NCBI RefSeq assembly: GCF_009914755.1
Contig: NC_060945.1
Reading direction: 5' to 3' (one strand)
DNA length: 64,000 nt
DNA from: the human T2T-CHM13v2.0 reference genome, Homo sapiens
Made by a program: the position numbers and the translations under genes. Each line of letters opens with the position of its first letter. Position 1 is the stretch's first letter. This document shows positions 15,082 to 29,119 of the stretch, piece after piece. The notes beneath the pieces were generated by a model, which saw only the letters and a program-made list of their open reading frames with translations, had not been told where the DNA came from and made no database searches.

Positions 15082-16399
15082 AGAAGTGCTACTGATTTTT
15101 GTTAGTTAATTTTGTATCCCGAAACTCTACTGAATTCATTTATCAAATCCAGGAATCATTTATAAGAGTCTTTAGGGCTTTCTAGGTACAAGATCATATC
15201 CAAACATACGACCTTCCAAGGTTGAACCAGGAAGAAATTAGTAGAAATCCTGAACAGACCAATAACTAGTAGCGAGATTGAATCAGTAACAAAAATTCTC
15301 CCAATAAAACAAAGCCCAGGACCAAATGGAATCACAGCTGAATTCTACCAGATGTGTAAAGAAGAACCGGTACTAATCCTACTGAAACTATTCCAAAAAA
15401 TTGAGGAGGAGGGCCTTCTCCCTAACTCATTCTGTGAAGCTAGTATTACCCCAAAACCAAAGCCAGGCAAGGATACAATGAAAAAGAAAACTCTAGAGAC
15501 CAATATCATTGATGAAAATACATGCAGAAATCCCCAACAAAATACTAGCAATCGAAATCCAACAACGTATCAAAAAGATAATACACCACAATTAAGTGGG
15601 TTTTGTTCCAGGGATGCAAGGATGGTTCAACATATGTAAATCATTAAATGTGATTTACCACATAAACAGAATTAAAAACAAAAGCCATATGATTATCTCA
15701 ATAGATGCAGAAAAAGCATTTAATAAAATTCATCTTTTCATGAAAAAATCCTCAATAAACTAGGCATAGAAGGAACATACCTCAAAATAATTCAAACCAT
15801 TTATGAAAGACCCACAGCCAACATCATTCTGAATGAGGAAACGCCTAAAGCATTCCCTCTAAGAATTGGAACAAAACAAGGATGTCCATTTTCACCACCC
15901 TTATTCATCATAATACTGGAAGTCCTAGCCAGAGCAGTCAGGTAAGAGAAAGAAATAAAAGGCATCCATTTTGGAAAAGAGGAAATAATACTATTTCTGT
16001 TCATCGATGGTATGTAGTTATCTTTTAAATCAAGTAGGAGGAAAGGGTTACAAACAGAAGTTACATTTATACTGTCTTTTATATTTACCATTATAGTTAT
16101 ATCTTTACTGGTGCTGTTTATTCATTCACCTGGATTTTCTGTACTATCTAGTGTCCTTTAATTTAAGCCTGAAGGACTCCTTTTACTGTTTCTTGTTAGG
16201 TAGGTTTTCTAGTGACATATTCTCTCAGCTTTTATTTGAGAGTGTCTTAATTTCTCCTTTGTTTTTGCAGAATAATTTTTCTGGATATAGAATTCTTGTT
16301 TGACAGTCTTTTTCTTTCATGATTTTGCATATGTTATCCTACAGCCTTCTAGTTTCTGTGGTTTCTGGTGAGAAATCCGCTATTGTTCTTATTGAGAAT

Positions 16400-16515
<116 letters not shown>

Positions 16516-16740
16516 TAATGAGTTACTCTCTTGCTGCTTTCACAACTCTTTGTCTTTTGATAGTTTGATTATAATATATTTAGGTGTGGATGTCTTTGAG
16601 TTTATCCTTGAAGCTTATTGAGGTTATTGAATGTATAATTTTTTCCATCAGATCTGGGAGGTTTTCAATTATAATCCTTTCATATATTCTTTGTACCCCT
16701 TTATTTTCTCTCCTTCTGAGAGTTTCATTATGCATCTGTT

Positions 16741-16763
16741 TGTTCTTTCTTTCTTTCTTTCCT

Positions 16764-16819
<56 letters not shown>

Positions 16820-16893
16820 TTTCTTTCTTTCCCCCTTCCCTTCCCTTCCCTTTTTCTTTCTTTCTCTCATTCATTCATTTATTCATTCATTCC
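16741..16893. repeat. Compound (TTTC)n/(TTCCC)n/(TTCA)n microsatellite grown from an Alu-monomer tail
   Basis: Seen directly; it lies inside the catctgtt TSD pair together with the adjacent monomer. Confidence 0.9.
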
Positions 16894-17017
16894 ATTTTTG
16901 TAGAGATGAGTTCTCACTATGTTGCCCAGGCTGGTCTTGAACTCCCAACCTTAAGCCATCCTTCCACCTCAGCCTCCCAAAATGTTGGGATTACAGGTGT
17001 GAGCCACCATGGTTGGC
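16894..17017 (-). mobile_element. FLAM/AluJ left-arm monomer
   Basis: Left-arm Alu sequence; catctgtt at 16733-16740 and 17018-17025. Confidence 0.85.
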
Positions 17018-19129
17018 CATCTGTTGGTATTCTTGGTGGTTTCCCACAGGGCTCTGAGTTTCAGCTCATTTTTTTTTTAACTTCTTTACTTTCTGTTCCT
17101 TAGATTGGTTAATCTCAGTTGATCTATCATCAAGCTTACTGATTCTCCTGCCTGTTCAAATATGATGTTGAACCACTCTAATGAATGTGCTATTTCAATT
17201 ATCATATTTTTTAACTCCAGAATTTTTATTTGGTTTATTTTTATAATTTGTTTCTTTATTGATATCTGCTTGGTGAAACAACACTGCCATTCTTTAATCC
17301 TTTAGACATGGCTTCCTTTAGTTATTCAAATATGTTTAAAATAGGTTATGTAAAGTCCAACACTGGGGCTTCCTTGGGAACAGTTTCTATTGATTGCTTT
17401 TTCTTTCCCTGTGTATGGGCCATATTTTCCTGTTTCTTTGTATGTGTCATAGTACTTTTTTGAAAACTTTATGTTTTAAATAATATAATGTGGCAACTCT
17501 GGAAATCTGATTCTCCTTTCTTCCATTTTTTTTGTTGTTGTTGTTGCTGCTGCTTGTTATAGTAGTTTCTGTTCATTTGTTTATGTAGTGACTTTCCTGA
17601 ACTAACTCTGTAAAGTCTGTATTCTTTGTCATGTATCTTCACTGACTCTGTACTTGAATAGTTTAGTGGTCAGCTAATAATTGGACAGACGTTTCCTTAA
17701 ATGCCTGGAATCAGTGAGTCTCATAGACTTTCCCAAGAGACCCCATGTATGTAACCTACCAGTTTATAAGTGCCTTAGCCTTCATTTTCTGATTGTGCAG
17801 AGTCTCAATGTCAGCTCAGTGTGAGAGCTTAGGGCTATCTCAGGGCACTCCAGTTTCTTTTCTGGGCATTCGCACAACCTTGAGTAGGTGCATAGCTCTA
17901 TGTATGCACCATGGCCTTCTAGATTTCCAGAAATATACAGTTTTTAATACCCTGTGGGCATCTCATTCCCCAGATTTTCCTTTTAAGCTTTTGAGTTAAT
18001 ATATTATTTGTTCCAACTGTTGTCCACTGTCTCAGGTAGTCACAAAATTAAACAATTGTCTTTGTTTTGACAGATACCTCTAAGGAAAATACTTTTCAGT
18101 GAGCTCCGTGTCAGGTCAAATAAATGTAACCTGGCAAGTGGAACCTGTTAGCCATAACAAATAATAAGACTTTGAAGGAGCTCTAACTCTGTTTTGTCCT
18201 CTTCTGTTGCTGCCAGGCTGTTGGTTTTCACTCTGATTGTAGGTGGTTGGTTTTCAAGACTACTATAGAGCTGGGGTAGGGTTGGGGGTGGGGGGATGGG
18301 AATAGGGCAGGTTAAAATATTACAAAATTTATGTTCTTAGGATATTTAACCATTTTTCTTTAAGAAATGTTCTCCAGATTGTGGCAAGCCTTTGGTTAAA
18401 TTTCTAGATTTCTAAAAAAAAAGTTGATTTGGCCAATTTTTGGCATTTAAAAATTGCTTTTGGGAAAGAAGGGATTTTTGGAAGTTCTTACTTTGCTATT
18501 TTCACTGATATCACACTCTCATGTTATTCTTAAAAGATTTTGTTTCCGTATATTGAATTTAATGTTGGCATTATTTTTTTTCAGCACATTGGAGATATAT
18601 TTCCACAGCATCTGGCTTTTCTTGTTCCTGTTCTGAAGTAAATGTAACTGCTATCCTCTGGAGGTAATCTATTGCCATAAAGGATTTTCCAATTATCCTT
18701 AGGTTTCTGTGGTTTCACTAAGTTCCATGCATCCCTGCCTGAGGTATGTTGGCTTCTTGTATCTATGACATGATGTCTTTCATAAGTCTGGAAAATTCAC
18801 TGCCATTTTCTTCAGCTATTGCTTCTGCATCATCTCTTTTCTTTCTTTCTGGGACTCTGATTAAATTTGTGTTAGATTTCTCACCATATATTCTCATGCT
18901 CTCTCTTATATTTCTGGATTTTGGCCACTCCACTTTACTTTGAATATTTTATTTTATTTTGACCTAGTTTCCAGTTCACCAATTCTTTCTTCAGCAGCAC
19001 TCAATCTGCTTTAAAACCCATTCATGACTTTATAACTTTTCAGTTTTAGATTAAAAAAAATTGAAACTGTTACTTTTTGTAGCTTCTAATTTATTGTTTC
19101 TGTTTTTAACTATAGCAACTATAGTTTTA

Positions 19130-19495
19130 AAATTTTAGTTAAACATATATAACATAAAATTTGCCATTTTAAAGAGTACATTTTATGTGTACAATTCTGT
19201 GACATTAAGTACATTCATGTTGTTGTGCAACCATCCATCTCCAATACTCTTTTCATCTTGCAAAACTGAAACTCTTTACACATTAAACAATAACTCCCTC
19301 TCCCAAACCCCTGGCAACTACCATTCTACTTTCTGTTTCTATGAATTTGACTACTATAGATACTTCATATAAGTGAAGTCATAAATATTTTTCCTTTTGT
19401 GACTGGCTTATTTAATGTAGCGTACTGTCTTCAGGGTTCATCCATGTTGTAGCATGTGTTGGAATTTCTTCCCTTTTTAAGACTGAATAATATTC

Positions 19496-19550
<55 letters not shown>

Positions 19551-20030
19551 ATTTTGTTTATTCATTCTTTGATGGACACTTGGGTTGCATCTACCTTTTG
19601 GCTATAGTGAATAATGCTGCCATGAACTTGGGTATACAAATATTTGAGTCCCTTGCTTTTACTTAATTTGTGCCTATACCTAGAAATGGAATTACTAGAT
19701 CATATGCTAATACTTTTCTTAACTTTTTGAGGAATGACTGTATTGTTTTCATAGCAGCTCCGCATTTTACATTTCTACCAGCAATGCACAAGGGTTCCAG
19801 CTTCTCCACATCCTAACCAACACTTATTATTATTTTGATAATAGCTATTCTAATGGGTATGAGGTGACATCTCTTTGTAGTTTTGATTTGCTTTTCTCTA
19901 ATGATTAGTAATGTTGACCATTTTTTCTTGTGCTTATTGCCCAGTAGTATGTGTTATTGAGAGAAATGTCTATTCAGGTCATTTGCCAGATTTTTAATTG
20001 GGTTGTTTGGGTTTTTGTTATTATACAAGT
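19130..20030 (-). mobile_element. L1MB-like 3' fragment containing a (TG)n(TA)n tract at ~19499-19547
   Basis: aacataaaatttgccatttt ... cccctggcaactaccattctact is L1MB 3'UTR-like. Confidence 0.85.
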
Positions 20031-20479
20031 GTAGTTGTTAAAATAGACTATGTTGGGTAATTCCAACTTCTTGTCTTTGTAGATATGTTTTTGTTTTCTG
20101 TGATTTCTACTCTTTCTTCCTCAATGGGTCACTAATTTCTTTTAGGCTACTAGACATTTGTATTTGCAGAATATTTTGAGGAATAATTTGAAATAATTTG
20201 GGATGATTATTGTTTTTAGAGAGGTTTTCATCAGGTACTGCTAAGGTTCTTAAAGGAGCAAACTTAATCCAGTGTAGTCTTAAGGACAACCGGATGAGTA
20301 GAACAAAGGCTCAGTGCTTGGGAGGGCTGACTTGCTTCTGAGGACTTATTCTTTACCTTGAGGGGTTAGCCCTTTGTGGTTCCAGTGCAAATTGAGGGGT
20401 GGTTTCTCAGTATCTGATTCATGCTTTTACTCTGTATCTCTTCCCCCCAATTTTTGGATATTTTGGTTAACTTTCAATC

Positions 20480-20920
20480 CCACAAATTTCAGGGCCTTAC
20501 ATGGTAAAATTTACTTCTTGCTCATGTAACAGTTCACTGTGGATGTACCTCATCAGTGATCAGGTTTCCTCTGTGTGGTGATTCGGCCCAGCTCCTCACA
20601 GTGGGTGGTCATGCCATCTGCTACGGAGGTGGCATCCTTATCCTCTAGGCCCAGCTTCCTGTCAGTCCAGCTGGCAGATGAGAGAGCACACATGGAGAAG
20701 GCACACATGCTTCTCAGCCATGTTGGCCCAAAAGTGACGAGGACCATGATCTGTATCTCTTCATACTTTCCACTGGCAAGATCCAGTGATGGGGTTCTAT
20801 CTAGATGCAGGCATGAAATCTGCAGTGTGTTGTTTGTGGTTGACAGTTGCTTCCCAGTTTCAATGCTGTCCTGGGAAAGGGGAGCACAGTTCTTTATGAA
20901 CAGTTAGTTATCTGCCTCAG
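20480..20920. mobile_element. Old MLT1-family LTR fragment
   Basis: atttacttcttgctcatgtaacagttcactgtgg and ttccactggcaagatccagt resemble MLT1J/K. Confidence 0.5.
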
Positions 20921-21677
20921 TCCTTCGCCTTGGCACACCCTTCTTTCACGACTGTCATGCACTCATCTCTCCAGGGACACAATCCAGAGTTGCCCCAGTT
21001 ACTGTGTCTTGCACAAAGGATGGATTTCTAGCATTGTGTGGTCTTTATCAAATCCAGTTGTCGCTCTTGTCGTTTGATGACTGAACTGACACACAGGTTG
21101 TCTGCTGTTCACACTGTACAATAGTGGAGCCAAACCAAGCCAATTGCGATTTTTAAAACTTCCATTTTGGAAGGGGAGAATGGAAGATAAACATCAGTTC
21201 TTGGTCCACAGTTAGAGCAACATCCCATGGGCAAGTATTATGAAGGCATCTATCAATGTTTTCTAAGCAAAGGCCACTAGACACTCACCTGGGAACCATG
21301 GGGTGTTGTGGTAAGAGGGCGTTAGAAAGAACCTGTTACAGGATTTGGGCTTTGGTTAGGTGATTTGGGGGAGGGTTCAAGAAAGTGGGATGGTATCAGT
21401 AAGTGGGGACAATTTTTTGATGAGTGTCTGTAAATCTTATCTACAAGGAGGTTAGACTGGAGTGAGGTTAAAGCTGTGATTGGTAAAGAAACAGTCATCA
21501 CTTATGTCAGTGGGGAGAGGGATTTTGACACAATCTTGTTTTTGTCTTCATTCATCATGTTCAGTGTGGCGTGTCTGATTCTTTCACCTTCTATTCTGGG
21601 AGTGGGGGCAGGAGAAACTGGTCTGTTGTCCTCCAGGCCTCCTTTCTCTGTCCCTCCATCTGGCTAGGCCTTGGGAG

Positions 21678-22071
21678 TGCTATGGTTTGAATATTTGTCC
21701 CCTCCAAAACTCATGTTGAAGTTTAATCTTAAGATGTGATTGGATCTTGAGGGCTGTTCCCTTATGAGTGGATTAATCTATTCATGGGTTAATGGATTAA
21801 TGGATTAATGTGTTATCAGGGGAGTGGAATTGGTGACTTTATAAAAAGAGAAAGAGAGACCTGAGCTAGCACACTCAGCCCCTTATTGTGTGATGCCCTG
21901 CACCACCTCAGGACTCTGCAGAGTCCCCACCAGCAAGAAGATCCTCACTAGATTCTCCTCCTTGACCTTAGACTTCTCAGCTTCTATAACTGTAAGAAGT
22001 AAATTCCTTTTCCTTATAAATTACTGAGTTTTTGGTATTCTGTTATAAGCAACAGAAAATGGACTAAAATA
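21678..22071 (+). mobile_element. MSTD-like MaLR solo LTR
   Basis: TGCTATGGTTTGAAT start, gcaacagaaaatggactaaaata end, 5-bp TSD gggag on both sides. Confidence 0.88.
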
Positions 22072-23839
22072 GGGAGTACATCTTTCTTAGGGGTTAGGGG
22101 CTGCAAGATCCCACAGCCTGCTTTCTGCTTGTGGAAGTTTGGAGGCCTGGGGTTGTTTTGACAGTCACTGACTGTTTTAGGCTCATGTTTCTTTGGCAAT
22201 GCAGTTTCTCCCCAATTCTAGTAGCTTCTGATCTATTTGCGTCTGGTAGTTTCATATGCCAGTAACTATAGCCAAAGTTCTTTTCTAGTCTTCCAGCTAC
22301 TTCATATTTTTGCTTTCTTATGCATGTGTCTCTCCCTACCCAGGGTATCTTGAGGCTTAACATAATACAATAGGCATGGGTGTGGGTGGAGACACACCTG
22401 TAATCTCACCTGTGTGTACAGTTTAGCCCTCTCTTCATTGTGGAGTCTTAATGGGTCTTTGCTGCTCAGAACATGTTCAGTCGCATATCTTACTCTTGGG
22501 GAGCAGAGGGATAGCTTTTCCCGGATTGTGAGGCCCATATTTCTGGACTGTCTCTAGACGCTTTCCTGTCTCTCTGAAGCCAGCTAGTTTTTGCCTAAGC
22601 CCGTGTCTTTCTGTGATGCTCAACTGAGCAAAATGGGTAACAGTGACCTAGACAGTTGGCATTCCTTTTTCTCTTCCCCCTGAGCTGGAGGCTGGGTGTG
22701 TGCATTATCTGCCTTCAGGTGATCAAGGGTAAACGGTTTCACCAAATGACATGCACTGTATAAAATAGGTCTTCTCATTACCAGCTGTCTGACAGCAGTT
22801 TTTATTATGGTGTCACCCTCTTCAAGGAGCCCAATTCTGTGTTAATTTATTTCTGTTGAAATATGTATTTAATAATAGATAATTTGAAAGAAGAAAATTT
22901 CTGATTAGACTCTTTCTTTGGGAATTAATTATTTGACCCATTTTCTACTTCCCTCCGCCTCTCCACTGTTTGGAAATGAAGCTGTACATTTGTGGCAGTT
23001 TTCTAAGCAGACGTCACAAAGGTGTGGTATGGCAGTTCATCTTTTTTGTTTTTAACTGTATTAACACTGGAAAATCAAACCTTTTCTGATTTCTTACAAG
23101 AAGAAAAAATAAGACACTTCAGTTTTTTTTTAATAAAATGAGATATAAAGATAAACATTTTTGATGAAGAGAAGAGTTTTGTATTTAAGTTGCAGTGATG
23201 TGGATAACTCCCAGACTCATCCCTCTCTCTCTGTAGTATCCTACAAGAAGTGCCTGGGCCTTCTTGCTTTGAATCTTTTTCTGCTTTGAAGACAGGCAGA
23301 AGTGAATACCTGGCCTGAGCTTCTCCTGGGGCCCTTGTGGAAGCAACATGAGATGACTGATGTGCAAACACATTCAAGAGTGAAGCTCTCTGGGTAGAGA
23401 AGACATTATTATTTCATCCTGAAGTACTTTCGGAAGGTAAATGATTTATTTAGCACACTAAGTTCATCCTCCGAGGCCATGTGTTTCTACTATAAGGTAC
23501 CCAAACCAGCCTTGGAAACTTACAGCATTGAGAGAGGAGAGGTCCAGTGAGCATGTCTCTCTATGAGTTTTACTTAGTTGGGTGCTCTTCTATAGAGTTC
23601 TGAGCTCTATTTATAATTATCCTTAAGCAAAAAAGAAACAATCCAAAATGGTGACACAGAGAGTCCAATTTACAGTTATCTGTGGTATAACCCAGTTAAT
23701 AATCACCATAATACTTAGGGTGCTAGACTGCTGGTTTGAGTTTTTATGGAATTTTGAAGATAATGAGATTTTGTAATGGAACCATGTTTCTCAGTAATGT
23801 CTTTCACTGAATTATCTTGACTTGAGTCAAGACAAGACT

Positions 23840-24256
23840 CAAGAGTGACTTTATTTTAAATGTAAATCCACCATGTAACTTCTGACTAACCCTGAGCCGA
23901 TAATACCTCCACAATGTTTAGTTGATGTTGTTACTCTTTATGTAGGAAGACCAATTCATTGTAAGTTTTCTTCAAAACAACCCTTGTTGTTGCAGAGATC
24001 ATAGGCTGTGATGACTGTAGCATCCTACACATATCTTCCAGAGCACTATACTTTCGTTCCGAGATATAAACTCTATGTCTGGGGGTTTGTGCAGAGATCT
24101 ACCTGTTTGCACCTGCCCAAGACCATGATTCTGTCTGTACATTCTCCAGTAAATCACCCAATACCAACAAACTGGATTTCTCTGTCTCCTTCTTTGGTTT
24201 CTTGGCTCCTTTGGTATTTGAGGATTGCTTTGCATATATGGCCCTTTCACAGGATA
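23840..24256 (+). mobile_element. MER90/MER110-like ERV1 LTR
   Basis: The 3' end gctttgcatatatggccctttcacagga resembles these LTR families. Confidence 0.55.
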
Positions 24257-25379
24257 CTTCATTAATTATCTAATTAATTAAACAAATAATAATGAAGTAG
24301 GTTATGTTGCTTACTAAAAAATTGATAAACTTGAGGTAGCCATACTTCTCTAGGTCCACTTAGGAAACTGAAAGTTTTGGTTTAATAGTCTTTTTCAAAG
24401 ATAAGCCATGTATTATTCATATGATTAGTGTGGAGGCTGATATTGAGAGAAGGTGTAGTAGCTTGCTTTTATATGAGGGCACTGGAATGAGATGTGATCC
24501 GTAGATTCCCATAGTGGTCTGTGACCCATGCTGGGACTGGCTCTTCTCCTCGGCTCCTGGAACAGGGATCCAGCCCCACATGACTTCCCCCTTCCCTGGC
24601 TCAGTTGGATATCCACAGGGGCCTCTTTCTCTTGGACATGCCCCCACCTAGCACCCACCATTTCTATTTCTCTTGCTCTGGATGCCACCGCATCTTCAGG
24701 ACACAGCTTCTCCTGAGCTGATAGGGATGCCCTGGAGCCTGTGGAGTGCCTCTGTTGTCCAGAGTTCTGTGGTAAGGTCCCAAGAAACTTTCCCACCTGA
24801 AGAACAGAGCATAGTTGAGGCGAGGTCCTGTGCTTTGCAGGACTTACTGAGGAGACTTTGACCCTGGTCTTCCTTCTGTCATTTCCAAAAGTGAGTATGT
24901 GGGGGCAGTGGGGTGGAGGTCAGTTCAGTGAGCACACATGATGGGGAGGCAGAGCCCTCTACCTCTTGGGCAGCTGAGGCTGAGGTCCTGGGCTGGGCCT
25001 GTCTGCTTAGTGTCCTTGATGCAGGGATAGATCTTATTTAAGTGAACATGTCCCTACAGACAGGCAGGTACCACCTAGGGAACCCACAGGCAAGGCCCAA
25101 ATGCTCTTATTTGTGGTCTACATTAGGCAAAGAACCAGATTGGACTATGAAGCCGGAAGGGAGCTTATAACTTCCTGCTGAACAGAGGATAAAAATGTGA
25201 CCCACTGAGGGCAGTAATAGCTGATGAGCAATCATGGTGGTTCTTACTCCTGGTTGGCTCAGGGCTGGGAGCACTAGGCGTATTGCAGTGCCAGTGAAAG
25301 CAGAGCGGGGCCTCAAACCCTCTTTTTTCACCTCTTTTTTTATGCCATAGCAACCACAGTAAGCCTGTAAAATCTCCTG

Positions 25380-26035
25380 TGATTTGTGGAGTCTCGGGCT
25401 CCCTGGAAACCTTTCAGGGGGCTCATAAGGTCAAAACTGTTTTCATAATGATATGGAGCCATTCTTTCCTTTTTCACTGTGTGGACATTTGCACTGATGG
25501 TGTAAAAGCAATGGCAGGTGCTTTGACACAAATCAAGACCATGGCACCAAACTCTACTGACAGTCATCATACTCTTCACTGTCACCCACTCGCATACAAA
25601 AAGCCAACAACATTTAAGAATGTTCTTGATGAAGTCGTAGGAATGATTAATTTTATTAAATTTTGACCTGTGAGTACATGTGTTTTTAATATTCTGTGAG
25701 ATGGAATTGAAAGTTTGCATAATGTACTTTGGCAGATGGAACTACAATGATTGTTTGAGGAAAAGCACTTGTGCTTTTTTTGGGTTAGGAGTTAAACTAG
25801 CTCCTCTTTTAATGGAACACTGTTTTTACTTTAAAGAACAACTGACAGACAAACCATGGTTATTCAGACTTGTATTTTTGGCATAAAATGTCTGAAAATT
25901 GAACTAACTGAGCCTGTTACTTCAAAGGAATTAACTGCCTGTGTTTGTTGCAAATGATAAAATTGAATTTTCAGGCAAAAGTTAGAATTGTGGAAAACTT
26001 GTATCTGTCATGGTGAGCTTGACAGCCTTCCAATA
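25380..26035 (+). mobile_element. Charlie1a (hAT DNA transposon), 5' half
   Basis: cctttcagggggctcataaggtcaaaactgttttcataat near the 5' end; transposase-derived FYFKEQLTDKPWLFRL; ends at gagcttgacagccttccaaTA. Confidence 0.85.
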
Positions 26036-26375
26036 TAGGCATCACTCATTTTATTGCACTTTACAGAATTTTTTTTTTAAACAAATTTAAGGTTTGTGGC
26101 AACCCTGCATCAAGAAAGTCTTTCAGTGCCATTTTTCCAATAGCATTGCTTACTTCATGTCTCTGTGTCACATTTTAGTACTTCTCATGATATTTCAAAC
26201 ATTTTCATTATTATTATATCTGTTATGGTTATCTGTGGTCAGCGATCTTTGTTACTATTGTAATTATTTTGTGGTGCCATGAACTGTGCCCATATAAGAT
26301 GTTCTATGTGTTCTGACTGCTCCACAGCCGACCATTCCATCTGTCTGCTTCTCTTGGGGCCTCCGTATGCCCTGA

Positions 26376-26762
<387 letters not shown>

Positions 26763-27759
26763 ACGTCTCCCACTTTAAATGAAAAACTAGAAATGATTAA
26801 GCTTAGTGAGGAAGGCATGTTGAAATCCCAGACAGGCCGAAAGCTGGGCCTCTTATGCCAAACAACCAGGTTATGAATGGAAAGGAAGTTCTTGAAGTAA
26901 ATGAAAAATGTTACTCCAGTGAACACACAAAGGATAAGAAAGCGAAACAGCCTTGTTGCTGATATGGAGAAAGTTTGAGTGGTCTGGATAGAAGGTGCAA
27001 CTAACCACAACATTGCTTTAAGCCAAAGTCCACTCCAGAGTAAGGCCCTAATGTGCTTCACTTCTATGAGGCTGAAATAGATGAGGAAGATATAGGAGAA
27101 TTTGAAGCTAGTAGAGGTTGGTTCATGGGATTTAAGTAAAGAAGTCTCCGTAACATAAAAGTGCAAGGTAAAACAGCAAGTGCTGATGTAGATGCTGTAC
27201 CTTGTTCTCCAGAATATGTAAGAGAATAGATGAAGGTAGCTACACTAAGGAACAGATTTTCAATGTAGACAAAATAGCCTTCTATTGAAAGACCATGCCA
27301 TCTAGGACACCCATAGCTAGAGAAAAGAAGTCAATGCCTGGCTTCAAAGCTTTAAAGGACAGGCCGACTCTTTTGTTAGGGCCTAATGCAGCTGATGACT
27401 GTAAGTTGAAGCCAGTGCTCATTTACCATTCCAAAACTCTAGGATCCTTAAGAATGATGCTAAATCTACTCGGCCTGTGCTCTATACGGGAACAACAAAG
27501 CCTAGATAACAGCACATCTTTATAGCATGGTTTACTGAATCTTTTAAGCCTTCTCTTGAGACCTGCTGCCCAGAAAAAGGTTCCTCTCAAAATATTACTG
27601 CTTATGAACAATGCACCCGGTCACCCAAGAGCTCTGATAGAGATGTGCAAGGAGATGAATGCTGTTTTCATGCCCATTAACACCGCATCCATTCTGCAAG
27701 CCATGGGTCAAGGAGTAATTTTGACTTTCAAGTGTTACTACTTAAGAAACACATTTTGT

Positions 27760-28055
<296 letters not shown>

Positions 28056-28816
28056 CTATAGCTGCCACAGATGGTGATTCCTCTGATGGATCTGGGCAAA
28101 GTAAATTGAAAACCTTCTGAGAGGCATTCACCGTTCTCGATGTCATTAAGAACATTTGTGACTCATGGGAGGAGGTCACAACATCAACAAAGTTTGGAAG
28201 AAGTTGATTCCAACCCTCATGGATGCCTTTAAGGGGTTCCATCCTTTATTGAAGGAAGTCACTGCAGATGTGGTGAAAACAGCAAGAGAACTAGAATTAG
28301 AAGTGGAGCCTGAAGATGTGACTGAATTGCTGCAATCTCATGATCAAACTTGAATGGATAAGGAGTTGCTTCTTATGGATGAGAAGCAGAAAAGTGGTTA
28401 CTTGAGATGCAGTCTACTAGTAGTGAAGATGCTGTGAACATTGTTGAGATGACAACAAAGGGTTTAGAATATTAATATTACATAAGCTTAGTTGCTAAAG
28501 CAGCAGCAGGGTTTGAGAGGACTGACTCCAATTTTGAAAGAAGTTATACCATGGTGAAAGGCTATCAAACAGCATCACATGCTACAGAGAAAACTTTCGT
28601 GAAAGGAAGAGTCCATTGATGTGGCAAACTTTAGTGTTGTCTTATTTTCAGAAATTGCCACAGCCACCCCAGCCTTTAGCAACTATCAGCCTGATTGATC
28701 AGCAGCCACCAACATCCAGGCAAGACCCCACCACTAAAAAGATGATGACTCACTGAAGGCTCAGATGATTGTTAGCATTTTTTTTTTTTTTTTTTTTTTA
28801 GCAATAAACTATTTTT

Positions 28817-29119
28817 ACTTTTTTCTTTGTTGTTTTTTTGAGATGGAGTCTCTGTTGCCCAGGCTGGAGTGTGCAGTGGTGCAATCTCGGCTCACTGCAA
28901 CCTCTGCCTCCTGGGTTCAAGCGATTGTCCTGCCTCAGCCTCCTGAGTAGCTGGGATTATAGGTGTGCACCACCACGCCCAGCTAATTTTTATATTTTTA
29001 GTAGAGACGAGGTTTCGCCATGTTGGCCAGGCTGGTCTCGAACTTCTGACCTCAAGTGGTCCACTCACCTCAGCTTCCCAAAGTGCTGGGATTACAGGTG
29101 TGAGCCACCACGCCTGGCC
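28817..29119 (-). mobile_element. AluS SINE inside Tigger1
   Basis: TSD gcaataaa(c/g)tattttt at 28801-28816 and 29120-29135. Confidence 0.93.

Noticed and set aside
16580-16940. K/E/R-rich and F/L/S-rich ORFs
   Set aside because: They are translations of the (TTTC)n microsatellite.
18273-18307. G-quadruplex-like G-run cluster
   Set aside because: It is an isolated motif in a decayed L1 with no supporting context.
25340-25380. 8-bp hAT TSD matching cactaggc (51059-51066) at the Charlie1a 5' end
   Set aside because: The 5' terminus is too degraded and I found no match, so it is not used as evidence.
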